From Comamonadaceae bacterium (GTDB lineage: Bacteria > Pseudomonadota > Gammaproteobacteria > Burkholderiales > Burkholderiaceae_C): a stretch of DNA of 64,000 nt. Below, piece after piece: positions 1 to 9,714 of the stretch (position 1 is its first letter; the number at the start of each line of letters is the position of its first letter). The stretch covers positions 5,543 through 69,542 of the forward strand of contig JAIYCB010000050.1 in NCBI GenBank assembly GCA_027488215.1, read 5' to 3'. Both the position numbers and the translations under genes were made by a program. The notes beneath the pieces were generated by a model. The model made no database searches. It was given only the letters and a program-made list of their open reading frames with translations, and was not told the origin of the DNA.

Positions 1-1
1 C

Positions 2-547
2 CGGGTGCTGGTGGCGCGTGCGTTGCGTTTGCTGCAGGCTCAGAAGACCGAGAGGGTGATCGACTGGTTTTGCGGATTGGGCAACTTCACCCTGCCCATT
101 GCCACCCAAGCTGCGCAGGTAGTGGGCATCGAGGGGTCTGAAACCCTTGTGGCCCGCTCCCGTGACAACTACGCTCGAAACCAGGCCGCACGGCCTGAAG
201 GTCAGGACCTGGCCCCCACAACATTTGTGGCACGCAACCTCTTTGAGATGACACCCGAAATGCTGGTGGCCGATGGCACGGCAGACAAATGGTTGGTGGA
301 CCCGCCGCGAGAAGGCGCTTTTGCCCTGAGCAAGGCGCTGGCTGAGCTTCACGAAAACCACGAAATGAGACGGGGTTGGACTCCACCGAAACGCATTGTG
401 TATGTCAGTTGCAACCCTGCGACACTGGCCCGAGATGCTGGCATCCTGGTGCACCGTGCGGGTTACCGCTGTGTGAGTGCTGGCGTGGTCAACATGTTTG
501 CACACACCGCGCATGTGGAGAGCATGGCGGTTTTTGAACTGGCTTGA
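2..547 (+). CDS. rlmD: 23S rRNA (uracil-1939-C5)-methyltransferase, 3' part (5' truncated by window edge)
   Basis: SAM motif [32 protein letters not shown] catalytic Cys motif, [11 protein letters not shown]-terminus; frame open from base 2. Confidence 0.93.
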   Translation, partial: RVLVARALRLLQAQKTERVIDWFCGLGNFTLPIATQAAQVVGIEGSETLVARSRDNYARNQAARPEGQDLAPTTFVARNLFEMTPEMLVADGTADKWLVDPPREGAFALSKALAELHENHEMRRGWTPPKRIVYVSCNPATLARDAGILVHRAGYRCVSAGVVNMFAHTAHVESMAVFELA

Positions 548-594
548 CCTGCACAGATCTCGATTTCTGCAATCCATGAAAAGCGAATGACCAC

Positions 595-620
595 AAAAAA
601 GGCTCCCGAGGGAGCCTTTT
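595..620. terminator. Bidirectional intrinsic terminator between convergent rlmD and yccA-like gene
   Basis: AAAAAA-GGCTCC-cgag-GGAGCC-TTTT: 6-bp GC stem flanked by A and T runs. Confidence 0.8.
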
Positions 621-640
621 GACATCGTGGGGCGTACCGA

Positions 641-1333
641 TCACTCGCGATCGCCGCCCATGATGCCCAGCAAAGCCAACAAGCTTTGGAAAATGTTGAA
701 CACGCTCAGGTACAGGGCCAAGGTGGCGCTGATGTAATTGGTTTCGCCGCCGTCCAGGATACGCTTGAGGTCGTAAAGCAGGAAGGCGCTGAAGATGCCA
801 ATGGCCAAGGTGGAGAGGACAAGCATGCCGGTGGTGGAGCCCACAAACACGTTGATGATGCCGCCGACCATCAAGACCATGGCCCCAACGAACAGCCATT
901 TGCCCATGCCTGACAGGTCACGCTTGATGACGCTGGCCAGGCTGGCCATGACAAAGAACACGCCGGCTGTACCCGCAAAAGCGGTCATCACCAGGTCAGA
1001 ACCGTTCTTGAAGCCCAAGACCATGGCGATCATGCGTGACAGCATGAGACCCATGAAGAAAGTGAAGGCCAGCAACACGGGCACGCCTGCTGCCGAGTTT
1101 TTGGTTTTTTCGATGGCAAACATGAAACCGAATGCGCCGCCCAGGAAAACGATCAGACCCATGAAGCCCGTCAGAGATTGGGTGATGCCTGTGCTCACGC
1201 CGACCCAGGCCCCCAGCACGGTGGGCAGCATGCTCAGTGCGAGCAACCAGTAGGTGTTGCGCAGAACGCGGTTGCGGGCCGCCAGGTCCACGTGGCCCCA
1301 GTCGGCTGAATTGAGGGTGCGTAAATCGCTCAT
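641..1333 (-). CDS. yccA: Bax inhibitor-1/YccA family membrane protein
   Basis: About seven hydrophobic segments, RVLRNTYWLL start, LLYDLKRILDGGETNYISATLALYLSVFNIF C-terminal signature. Confidence 0.88.
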   Translation of the reverse strand: MSDLRTLNSADWGHVDLAARNRVLRNTYWLLALSMLPTVLGAWVGVSTGITQSLTGFMGLIVFLGGAFGFMFAIEKTKNSAAGVPVLLAFTFFMGLMLSRMIAMVLGFKNGSDLVMTAFAGTAGVFFVMASLASVIKRDLSGMGKWLFVGAMVLMVGGIINVFVGSTTGMLVLSTLAIGIFSAFLLYDLKRILDGGETNYISATLALYLSVFNIFQSLLALLGIMGGDRE

Positions 1334-1529
1334 GGTTTATCTCCTAAACAAGCCTTGGATCAAGGCCAAGTGACATTCTAGGGGCTAGGCCCCGGCAAGT
1401 CGATGGTGATCGGGATTTCCGTCATGCCATGGGGTTATCCGGGTGAATCTGTTTTGCTTTGAGGTGTGCAATGGGCGGGGCGGGGCCCGTGTATGCTCGC
1501 TGTTTTCAACTTCTGCCTTCTTGAACACC

Positions 1530-1937
1530 ATGAAAACCCAAGCCACTCTGGAACTGTCTGATGTGAAAACCATCGCTGCTGCGGCCGAAGCCGAAGCCCT
1601 GAAAAACAACTGGGCAGTGAGCATCGCCATTGTCGATGGCGGTGGCCATTTGTTGCATTTCGCCCGCATGGATGGCGCACCTCCGGTGTCCTCTCACATC
1701 GCCCCTTCGAAAGCCCATACCGCCGCCTTGGGGCGCCGAGAGTCCAAGATCTATGAAGACGTCATCAATGGCGGGCGCACCTCGTTCCTGTCGGCCCCTT
1801 CCATCCAAGGCATGCTTGAAGGCGGCGTCCCGATCATGAAAGACGGTTTTTGCCTGGGCGCTGTGGGGGTCAGCGGTGTCAAGTCCAACGAAGACGCGCA
1901 GATCGCCAAAGCCGGTATCGCGGCCATTGGCCTGTGA
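1530..1937 (+). CDS. GlcG/HbpS family heme-binding protein
   Basis: VSIAIVDGGGHLLHFARMDGA, KAHTAA, LEGGVPI, GAVGVSGV motifs; start moved from ORF-track 1443 to ATG 1530. Confidence 0.85.
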   Translation: MKTQATLELSDVKTIAAAAEAEALKNNWAVSIAIVDGGGHLLHFARMDGAPPVSSHIAPSKAHTAALGRRESKIYEDVINGGRTSFLSAPSIQGMLEGGVPIMKDGFCLGAVGVSGVKSNEDAQIAKAGIAAIGL

Positions 1938-1989
1938 TCAACGCCTGAAGGGACACCGGGTCGCGATTGCCAGCACCCTCTGGCGCACC

Positions 1990-2018
1990 AAAAAGCCCGC
2001 TGTTCAGCGGGCTTTTTT
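1990..2018. terminator. Bidirectional intrinsic terminator between GlcG-like gene and ilvD
   Basis: AAAAAGCCCGCT-gttc-AGCGGGCTTTTTT inverted repeat. Confidence 0.85.
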
Positions 2019-2036
2019 TCTGTCGTTAGCCTGCGA

Positions 2037-3737
2037 TCAATACAGGTCGAGCACCGCACCTTTGCTGGCGCTTGCAGCATTGAAAGCAAATTTGGCCTGC
2101 ACGCCACGGGTGTAACGCGGTGCAGGGGCCGTCCAGTTTTCGCGGCGTTTGGCAATTTCGGACTCGGGCACATTCAGCTCGAGCAACAATTTGTGCGCGT
2201 CGATGGTGATGCTGTCACCTTCATTCACAAAAGCGATGGTACCGCCGGCTGCTGCTTCGGGGGCAACGTGGCCCACCACCATGCCCCAGGTGCCGCCAGA
2301 AAAACGGCCGTCGGTGATCAGGCCCACGCTTTCGCCCAGACCAGCGCCAATCAAAGCGCCTGTGGGGGCCAGCATTTCGGGCATGCCAGGGCCACCTTTG
2401 GGTCCGAGGTAGCGCAAAACCATCACGTCGCCTGCCTTGATCTTGCCTGCCAAAATGGCTTCGAGCGCCGATTGCTCGTCGTCGAACACGCGGGCTGGGC
2501 CGGTGATGACCGGGTTTTTCAGGCCTGTGATCTTGGCCACGGCGCCTTCGGGCGACAGGTTACCCTTGAGAATAGCCAAGTGGCCCTGCTTGTACATGGC
2601 GTTTTCGATGGAGTGGATGACGCTTTGCTCGGGTGGCGCGTCAGGCACATCCTTCAAAACCTCGGCAATGGTTTGGCCAGTGATGGTGATGCAATCGCCG
2701 TGCAACAAACCGGCGTTCAGCAGGATTTTCATGACCTGCGGGATACCGCCTGCCTTGTGCAAATCGACCGCCAAGGCCTTGCCGCTGGGCTTGAGGTCGC
2801 ACAGCACCGGAGTGCGCTGGCGAATGCGTTCGAAGTCGTCGATGGTCCACTCCACGCCTGCGCAATGGGCAATCGCCAGAAAGTGCAGCACTGCATTGGT
2901 TGAACCACCGGTGGCCATGATCACCGCCACGGCGTTTTCAATGGACTTGCGGGTCACGATGTCGCGCGGCTTGATGTCTTTGCGGATGGCTTCCACCAGA
3001 ACGCGGGCCGACTCCTTGGCCGACTCGACTTTTTCGTCGTGCACGTTGGCCATGGTGGAAGAGTAGGGCAAGGAGATGCCCAGCGCCTCGAAAGCCGAAG
3101 ACATGGTGTTGGCGGTGTACATGCCACCGCAGGAGCCTGTACCGGGAATGGCGCGCTTTTCGATTTCTTTCAGGTCGAAATCGCTGAGTTTGCCAGCAGC
3201 GTTTTCGCCCACGGCTTCAAACACGCTGACGATGTTCAGGTCTTTGCCCTGGTAGCGGCCCGGCAAAATGGTGCCGCCGTAGACATAAATGGCCGGAACG
3301 TTGGCGCGCAACATGCCCATCAGGCCACCGGGCATGTTCTTGTCGCAACCGCCCACCACCAGCACGCCGTCCATCCACTGCCCTTGCACGCAGGTTTCCA
3401 CACAGTCGGCGATCACCTCACGGGATACCAGCGAGTACTTCATGCCTTCGGTGCCCATGGCCATGCCGTCCGAGATGGTGGGCGTGCCAAACACCTGGGC
3501 GTTGCCACCGGCTTCTTCAATGCCCTCGATGGCCGCGTCGGCCAACTTTTGCAGACCGCTGTTGCAGGGGGTGATGGTGCTGTGGCCATTGGCCACGCCC
3601 ACCATGGGTTTGACGAAGTCTCCTTCCTCGTAGCCCATGGCGTAGTACATCGAACGGTTGGGGGCGCGGGATTTGCCCTCGGTGATGTTGGCGCTGCGGC
3701 TGTTGATGGGGGTGATCGGGATGATTTTGTCGCTCAT
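2037..3737 (-). CDS. ilvD: Dihydroxy-acid dehydratase
   Basis: [55 protein letters not shown] motifs; start at MSDKII (3737). Confidence 0.96.
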   Translation of the reverse strand: MSDKIIPITPINSRSANITEGKSRAPNRSMYYAMGYEEGDFVKPMVGVANGHSTITPCNSGLQKLADAAIEGIEEAGGNAQVFGTPTISDGMAMGTEGMKYSLVSREVIADCVETCVQGQWMDGVLVVGGCDKNMPGGLMGMLRANVPAIYVYGGTILPGRYQGKDLNIVSVFEAVGENAAGKLSDFDLKEIEKRAIPGTGSCGGMYTANTMSSAFEALGISLPYSSTMANVHDEKVESAKESARVLVEAIRKDIKPRDIVTRKSIENAVAVIMATGGSTNAVLHFLAIAHCAGVEWTIDDFERIRQRTPVLCDLKPSGKALAVDLHKAGGIPQVMKILLNAGLLHGDCITITGQTIAEVLKDVPDAPPEQSVIHSIENAMYKQGHLAILKGNLSPEGAVAKITGLKNPVITGPARVFDDEQSALEAILAGKIKAGDVMVLRYLGPKGGPGMPEMLAPTGALIGAGLGESVGLITDGRFSGGTWGMVVGHVAPEAAAGGTIAFVNEGDSITIDAHKLLLELNVPESEIAKRRENWTAPAPRYTRGVQAKFAFNAASASKGAVLDLY

Positions 3738-3840
3738 GGTGGTGTCTCGGTAGAAGCCCAAAAGAAGGTCGCCACATTCTAACGGCCGCTTGCCAAGCCT
3801 TTGTGTCCGGTACATGCCATGTCCGGTGCACAATCCGGGC

Positions 3841-4638
3841 ATGCTGATTCATCCTCAAATTGACCCCGTCGCCCTACAGTTGGGCCCCTTGGCTATTCAC
3901 TGGTATGGACTGACTTATTTGGCCGCTTTTGGGCTGTTTTACTGGCTGGGCACGCGGCGTTTGGCGCATTTGCCTTTCAAAAACCTGCCTCAATGGCAAA
4001 AACGCGATGTGGAAGACATCCTGTTTTTGGGCGTCTTGGGCGTGATTCTGGGTGGGCGAGTGGGTTATTGCCTGTTCTACAAACCGGCTTATTACCTGTC
4101 CAATCCGTTGGAAATTTTGGCTATTTGGCAGGGTGGCATGAGTTTCCATGGCGGCTTGCTGGGGGTCATGCTGGCCATGCTCTGGTTTGCCCGCACCCGC
4201 CAGCGCCCTTTTTTGCAGGTCATGGATTTTGTGGCCCCTTGCGTGCCCACGGGCCTTGCGGCTGGACGCATCGGGAACTTCATGAATGGCGAGTTGTGGG
4301 GCCGCGTGGCCGACCCTTCGCTGCCCTGGGGCATGGTGTTTCGCGGTGCGGGCGATTTGCCGCGCCACCCCTCGCAGCTGTACCAAATTGCCTTGGAGGG
4401 CTTGTTGCTGTTTGTGCTGCTTTGGTGGTTCGCCCGCAAAGACAGACCCACCGGCCAGGTTTCGGGTGCCTTCTTGTTGGGTTATGGCTTTTTCCGATTC
4501 GTGGCTGAATTTTTCCGTGAACCCGATGCGCACCTGGGCCTCTTGAGCCTGGGCATGAGCATGGGGCAGTGGTTGTGCGTGCCCATGATGCTGGGTGGTG
4601 TGGTGCTGTGGGTCATGGCGGCGCAAAAGAAATTTTGA
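3841..4638 (+). CDS. lgt: Prolipoprotein diacylglyceryl transferase
   Basis: [43 protein letters not shown] motifs. Confidence 0.96.
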   Translation: MLIHPQIDPVALQLGPLAIHWYGLTYLAAFGLFYWLGTRRLAHLPFKNLPQWQKRDVEDILFLGVLGVILGGRVGYCLFYKPAYYLSNPLEILAIWQGGMSFHGGLLGVMLAMLWFARTRQRPFLQVMDFVAPCVPTGLAAGRIGNFMNGELWGRVADPSLPWGMVFRGAGDLPRHPSQLYQIALEGLLLFVLLWWFARKDRPTGQVSGAFLLGYGFFRFVAEFFREPDAHLGLLSLGMSMGQWLCVPMMLGGVVLWVMAAQKKF

Positions 4639-4725
4639 CGTTCGCTGGGTGCTGACGCCTTCGGGTCAGCCCGCTGCGCGCAAATCCCTGAGGATGACTT
4701 CTTTTCCACTTTGTAGGATGGGTCC

Positions 4726-6108
4726 ATGACGTTGCCGCGCAGACATTTTTGGCTCCTTGCTTTTTCAACTTTGTTGCTCGGTGCTTGCGCGGGCACATTG
4801 CCCACCCGCGAAGCGTCCCGGCCACCCGTGGTGTTTGTGCATGGCAATGGCGACTCGGCTGCACTCTGGCAAAGCACGCTGTGGCGGTTCGAATCGAATG
4901 GTTGGCCGCGAACGAGCTTGCATGCCATTGATCTGCCTTATCCCTTGGCGCGCGATGCCGACAACAAGCCGCAAGCCGGTCGCACTTCCACGGATGAACA
5001 CATGGCCTTCTTGCGCCAGGAAGTACAAGCTGTTTTGAAGCGCACTGGTGCTCGTCAGGTGGTGCTGGTGGGTAATTCGCGGGGTGGTAATGCCATTCGC
5101 CACTACATCTGCAACGGAGGCGGCCAAGAGATGGTCAGCCATGCGGTACTGGGAGGTACGCCCAACCATGGTGTACAGGCGATTCCGGGCTTGAATGAGG
5201 CCAATGAATTTTCGGGCACGGGCCCCTTTTTGAGTCAACTCAACGCCCCCAAGAACGCGCAGGGCGATGAGGTGTGTGGACCGGCCAAGTGGCTCACGAT
5301 CCGTTCGGACAACAACGACAAATTTGCCCAGCCTGACGGCTTATGGATCGGCATGAAGGGAAAAGCCACCAACGTGAGCTTTGCTGGACCTGAACTCAAA
5401 GGGGCCACAAATGTGGTGATACCCAGAATTGACCACCGTGAAACCTCTTATTCGGCGGCGGCTTTTGAGGCCACTTACCGTTTCATCACTGGGCAAGCAC
5501 CCGTGGCCAGCATCCGCCCTGAAGCTGCTGTGGTGCTGAACGGCAAATTGGTGGGTTTGGGCTTGAACCCGCAGGATCCGAAAAGCGGCAATTACCCGAA
5601 CAACCTGCCCTTGGCGGGGGCGAGCCTGGCGGTGTATGCGGTGGATGCGCTCACCGGTCAGCGCCTGGGCGATGCCGTACACCGCAAGACCGTGGGCGCC
5701 GATGGCCTTTGGGGACCGTTCAAGGGTCAATCCCAAACGGCTTATGAATTCGTCATCGAGGCCCAAGGTTACGCCACCACCCACATTTACCGCAGCCCGT
5801 TTCCTCGTTCCAGTGACATCATTCACATGAAGCCTGAGCGTGTGGCCGAAGCCGATCGATCGGCTTCGGCGCTGGTCAGTTTTGTGCGGCCCCGGGGCTA
5901 CTTTGACCCACCGCGTGACACCATGCGTCTGGACGGCAAGACCACCTTGCCGGGGGTACCTCCTGGCGCGGGCGTCGCCAGTACCAAGCTGAGGCTGGAC
6001 GACAAAACCCAGCGCAGTGTGGCCGCAGAGTTCAATGGCGAGCGGCTGGTGGGCTTGACTTGGCCTTTAGCCGAGGGCCGCACCACGGTGCTGGAGTTGA
6101 CCTATTGA
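4726..6108 (+). CDS. Exported alpha/beta hydrolase (lipase/esterase-like) with twin-arginine and lipobox signal
   Basis: N-terminus MTLPRRHFWLL...LLLGAC; VVFVHGNG oxyanion loop; nucleophile elbow GNSRG; C-terminal beta-rich extension. Confidence 0.75.
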   Translation: MTLPRRHFWLLAFSTLLLGACAGTLPTREASRPPVVFVHGNGDSAALWQSTLWRFESNGWPRTSLHAIDLPYPLARDADNKPQAGRTSTDEHMAFLRQEVQAVLKRTGARQVVLVGNSRGGNAIRHYICNGGGQEMVSHAVLGGTPNHGVQAIPGLNEANEFSGTGPFLSQLNAPKNAQGDEVCGPAKWLTIRSDNNDKFAQPDGLWIGMKGKATNVSFAGPELKGATNVVIPRIDHRETSYSAAAFEATYRFITGQAPVASIRPEAAVVLNGKLVGLGLNPQDPKSGNYPNNLPLAGASLAVYAVDALTGQRLGDAVHRKTVGADGLWGPFKGQSQTAYEFVIEAQGYATTHIYRSPFPRSSDIIHMKPERVAEADRSASALVSFVRPRGYFDPPRDTMRLDGKTTLPGVPPGAGVASTKLRLDDKTQRSVAAEFNGERLVGLTWPLAEGRTTVLELTY

Positions 6109-6118
6109 AGTCAGTCAT

Positions 6119-7579
6119 TCAAGCCAGATGCGGTGGCGGCACAAAGCCGCACCATTCGGTTTCAAGCCAGCGGGCCATGTTCAGACAGAGCGGATCGGCA
6201 AAGGTGTTGCCGATGATTTGCGCGCCGACAGGCAAGCCGCTTGGGCTTTTGCCAATCGGTATGGCGGTGGCAGGCAAGCCCACCACGCCCGGGTAGCCGG
6301 CCCAGAAAAGGCTGTCTGTGTGCGGCTGGTCCTGGCCGTTGACTTGCAACATGCGCTCCCAACGCTCGCCTTGCTGGTTGTGCAAAAAGGCGGGCGATGT
6401 CGCGACCGGGGTGATGAGCAGGTCCACCGACTCGAAATAGCTTTGCCACTGCGCACGCAGTACGGCGCGTTGCTGGTCGAACTCGACCCAGTCGCGGTGC
6501 GTGAGCGTGCTGCCACGCCAGACGCGCTCGCGCATGTTGTCCAGCGCTGGGTCGCTTTGTGCGGCCAGTGTCTGAAAGCGCGCAAAGGTCGCATCGTCCA
6601 GCCAGGCCCCTGTCGCCGAGCGCAGCAGGTGCATATACACGCGGTGCGACTGTGCGCTGTCCACCGGGCGGTGGTCGTCCAGCACGGTCACGCCTTGAGT
6701 GCGTAAAAAGTCGGCCAACGCGTGCAGTCGGTCCTGAATGCTCTGGTCCACCCGCGCTTCGGGGTCGTCGTAGACGATGGCGACGCGGCACTGCCACGGG
6801 GCTTTGTCGGTTTGTCGCCACTGCGCGGGTGTCCAGCCCAGCGGGCCGAACTGTTGCAGGGGCGTGGTCAGCACCTGCATGGCCAGTTGCAAGTCCTGTG
6901 CGCTGCGCGCCAGGGGGCCTGCCACGGCAATGTCCAGGCTGTCGATGCAGCGCACCCCCGGCAGCTGGTGGCCTTGCATGGGCACCAAGCCCCAGGTGGG
7001 CTTATGGCCGTAAACGCCGCAGTAATGCGCCGGGTTGCGGATGGAGGCACCGATGTCGCTGCCCAGTTCCAGCGGTGTCATGTCCGAAGCCAGCGCTGCG
7101 CCGGCCCCGCCTGACGAGCCGCCTGGCGAGCGGCTCAAGTCCCAGGGGTTGTTCGTGGTGCCATAGACCGGATTGAACGACTGCCAGTCGCCCAAAGCCA
7201 CTGGCACATTGGTCTTGCCAAACACCACGGCCCCAGCGTCCAGCAGGCGCTGCACGGCCAAGGCTGGCTGCTGGGCGATGTTGTCTTTGTAATCCGGAAA
7301 GCCCCAGCAGGTGGGCGTGCCTGGTAAATCAAACGATTCCTTCACAGTCATGGGCAGACCGTGTAGCGGACCCCAGTCCTCGCCACGGGCTCGCGCCGCA
7401 TCGGCTTGGGCTGCGCGTGTGCGGGCAGCCTCGAAGCTGCGCACCACCACCGCATTGATCGGGCCGTCCCGCTGCCCCACACGGGCGATGTACTGCTCCA
7501 GCAGCAGGGTGCTGGTGACTTCGCCAGAGCGCAGGCGGGCCATCAGATCGGTGGCGGTGCTGTAAGTGAAATCGGTCAT
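6119..7579 (-). CDS. Amidase-signature family amidase
   Basis: GLPMTVKES (Lys), PGGSSGG, GSDIGASIRNPAHYCG (Ser-cisSer-Lys triad); start MTDFTYS at 7579. Confidence 0.92.
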   Translation of the reverse strand: MTDFTYSTATDLMARLRSGEVTSTLLLEQYIARVGQRDGPINAVVVRSFEAARTRAAQADAARARGEDWGPLHGLPMTVKESFDLPGTPTCWGFPDYKDNIAQQPALAVQRLLDAGAVVFGKTNVPVALGDWQSFNPVYGTTNNPWDLSRSPGGSSGGAGAALASDMTPLELGSDIGASIRNPAHYCGVYGHKPTWGLVPMQGHQLPGVRCIDSLDIAVAGPLARSAQDLQLAMQVLTTPLQQFGPLGWTPAQWRQTDKAPWQCRVAIVYDDPEARVDQSIQDRLHALADFLRTQGVTVLDDHRPVDSAQSHRVYMHLLRSATGAWLDDATFARFQTLAAQSDPALDNMRERVWRGSTLTHRDWVEFDQQRAVLRAQWQSYFESVDLLITPVATSPAFLHNQQGERWERMLQVNGQDQPHTDSLFWAGYPGVVGLPATAIPIGKSPSGLPVGAQIIGNTFADPLCLNMARWLETEWCGFVPPPHLA

Positions 7580-7752
7580 AAGGGACTCAAGTGGCTGGAA
7601 TGAAAAATCGGCATGGCCAGTGGTGTGAGCATGTTTCGGGCGCCCATACCAGCACGGTGGCCATGATCGAAGGTACTTGGTTCTGGGTGGATGTGCGTGT
7701 TGGCCATCGCCTGTGTCATTTTCAGAGTCTGAACAAGACACCCCTCTCTGGG

Positions 7753-7790
7753 TATCGAAAACTTGCAAAACTTGGCATGGGTTTTCCCGA
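7753..7790 (-). promoter_or_regulatory. Putative AraC/XylS-type operator upstream of the amidase
   Basis: Minus strand TCGGGAAAACCC-N11-TGCA-N6-CGATA; same layout and spacing as the 8897-8934 site. Confidence 0.55.
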
Positions 7791-7870
7791 TGCGGGGAGT
7801 GGTTCTCGAGAGGCAGGCATGGCCGCGACCATGGTCAGGAGGGCGGTGAGTTAGGCCTGGTGTGCGGTGC

Positions 7871-8830
7871 TCATCGTTTGTGCAGCGTGTCAGAAGGCAG
7901 TTCGCCAAAAAGGTGACGGTAGTCTTGCGCGAATTGGCTCAGGTGCCAAAAGCCCCAGTGCGAGGCAATGTCCTGGATGGTCACGCCGGGCGCGGCTTGG
8001 CGCAGGGCGCGGCGCACGCTGTTCAGGCGCAGCGAGCGCAGGTACTTGATGGGCGTGGTGCCCAGCACGTCTTGAAAGCAGTAGTTGAGCTTGCGGCGGC
8101 TGGTGCCCACACGGCTGCACACCTCGAGGATGGACAGGGGCTCGTCGGCATGGCCCAGCATCAGCTCGCAGGCGCGGTCCACCAGTTTTTTTCGCCGCTC
8201 CAGGTTGGGCAGTTCAGATGTGTCCACTTGCGGGGGGAGGGCTTCGAGCCATTCCATCAGGATTTCGTCGCGCAACTGGCGAAGGGCCTGAGGGTCGTGC
8301 TGGCGGTGCGCCAGCGCGCTGGCCTGGTCGAGCACGGTGAGCTGCAGGTCTCGCAGGCTCTGCGCTTTGATATCAGTGGTTTGCAACACCAACTGCTTTT
8401 CAAGCCAATGCGCCAAGGGCTTTTGGTACATGCGCTCCCAAAGCGGGTTGAGCAGACTGCGTTCGACCACCACCGCGATCAGCGTGAAATGGGGCGGGGT
8501 GGTCAGGTCCACCTCGTCGCCCTTGCCACACATGATGGCGTGGGCGGGCACCCGTTGGCCGTTGAAAAACAGGTCGGGTGAGTCCTGCAGCGCCATGGCA
8601 AAGCCATAAACGCTCTCATGAAGCCGACCGCGCTGGCGCAGCCCGATGCTGGTGTCCTCGCGCAACATAGTCACTTCCGGCAGCTGCACTTGGTGGATGC
8701 GCCCCTTGAACTGACCGGGTGAGAGCTGCTCGTACTGCAGCGACCAGCCTTGCTGGGCCAGGGCGTGCTGGTCCATGTCCTGGTTGTCCAGCACCTGGAC
8801 CCATGGTGTAACGGGGACGGACGAGCTCAT
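7871..8830 (-). CDS. AraC family transcriptional regulator, EutR-like
   Basis: N-terminal YEQLSPGQFKG cupin-like region; C-terminal HTH SRRKLNYCFQDVLGTTP and WGFWHLSQFAQDYRHLFGELPS; start taken at MSSSVP. Confidence 0.88.
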   Translation of the reverse strand: MSSSVPVTPWVQVLDNQDMDQHALAQQGWSLQYEQLSPGQFKGRIHQVQLPEVTMLREDTSIGLRQRGRLHESVYGFAMALQDSPDLFFNGQRVPAHAIMCGKGDEVDLTTPPHFTLIAVVVERSLLNPLWERMYQKPLAHWLEKQLVLQTTDIKAQSLRDLQLTVLDQASALAHRQHDPQALRQLRDEILMEWLEALPPQVDTSELPNLERRKKLVDRACELMLGHADEPLSILEVCSRVGTSRRKLNYCFQDVLGTTPIKYLRSLRLNSVRRALRQAAPGVTIQDIASHWGFWHLSQFAQDYRHLFGELPSDTLHKR

Positions 8831-8896
8831 CAGAGAAAGAAAATGCGGCGCAAATGCATGTCCCTGAGTGTGCCTGCTTCCGGAGCACAGGTTTTT

Positions 8897-8934
8897 TCGT
8901 GAAAACCCGGGGTCCTCGGTGCCCAAACTTGATA
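8897..8934 (+). promoter_or_regulatory. Putative AraC/XylS-type operator upstream of the GATase-P450 operon
   Basis: TCGTGAAAACCC-N11-TGCC-N6-TGATA, ending 51 bp before ATG 8986; resembles the XylS-type TGCA-N6-GGNTA half site. Confidence 0.55.
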
Positions 8935-8985
8935 GCGCTCCGTACGCCTTGTGCATAGCATGGACAACAGCTTGAAAGAGACCTG

Positions 8986-9714
8986 ATGAAACGATGCATT
9001 GCCGTTTTACTGACCAACAACGACACTTCGCCGTTTGCAGCGCACTTCCCGAACGACGGTCAAAAGGTGGTGCTGCTGCTGCAGCCTTTGCGGCCCGATT
9101 GGACTTATGAGGTCGTGTCGGTCAAGGACGGGGTGTTGCCCGCGAGCCCCGAGGCCTATGACGGCTACGTCATCACCGGCAGCCCGGCCTCGGTCAACGA
9201 CGACCGCCTGCCTTGGGTGGGGCCGCTGCTGGATTTCATCCGGGCCGTGCACGCCGCACGCCAGCCGCTGATCGGCCTGTGCTTTGGCCACCAGGCGGTA
9301 GCCCGGGCTCTGGGCGGGCAGGTGGCGCGCAACGCCGCGGGCTGGGGTCTGGGCACTGCGCCCACGCACTGGCATGCCACACGCCCTTGGATGCAGCCCG
9401 CGCAAAGCACCACCACCTTGATGGCTGCGCACAACGAGCAGGTCACCCGCATGCCCGAAGGCGCGGTCTGTCTGGGCGGCAGTGACTTTTGCCCCATCGG
9501 CTCGATGCAGATCGGCCAGCACATCTGGACCACTCAGTTCCACCCCGAGATGCCGCTGGTGTTCATGCAGGCCTTGTTGGGCTTCCTGGCCGACAAGCTC
9601 GATGCCGAAACGATGGCTCGCGCCCACGCCAGTCTGACCAACGCCGCCGATGTGCCGCTGTTTGGGCACTGGATGGCGCAATTTTTTGAACACGCAAGGA
9701 AAAACAAGCAATGA
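8986..9714 (+). CDS. Class I glutamine amidotransferase-like protein (putative gamma-glutamyl hydrolase)
   Basis: YVITGSPASV, GLCFGHQ (Cys nucleophile), TQFHPE (His-Glu); stop overlaps P450 start (ATGA). Confidence 0.9.
   Translation: MKRCIAVLLTNNDTSPFAAHFPNDGQKVVLLLQPLRPDWTYEVVSVKDGVLPASPEAYDGYVITGSPASVNDDRLPWVGPLLDFIRAVHAARQPLIGLCFGHQAVARALGGQVARNAAGWGLGTAPTHWHATRPWMQPAQSTTTLMAAHNEQVTRMPEGAVCLGGSDFCPIGSMQIGQHIWTTQFHPEMPLVFMQALLGFLADKLDAETMARAHASLTNAADVPLFGHWMAQFFEHARKNKQ

Noticed and set aside
4651-4670. cUUCGg-capped hairpin between lgt and the hydrolase as a small RNA
   Set aside because: It is a short bulged stem in an 87-bp spacer; not enough evidence for more than an mRNA stability hairpin.
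7576-7908. 110-aa ORF between amidase and AraC regulator
   Set aside because: It overlaps both neighbours, has no motif, and the region is better explained as the amidase promoter and leader.
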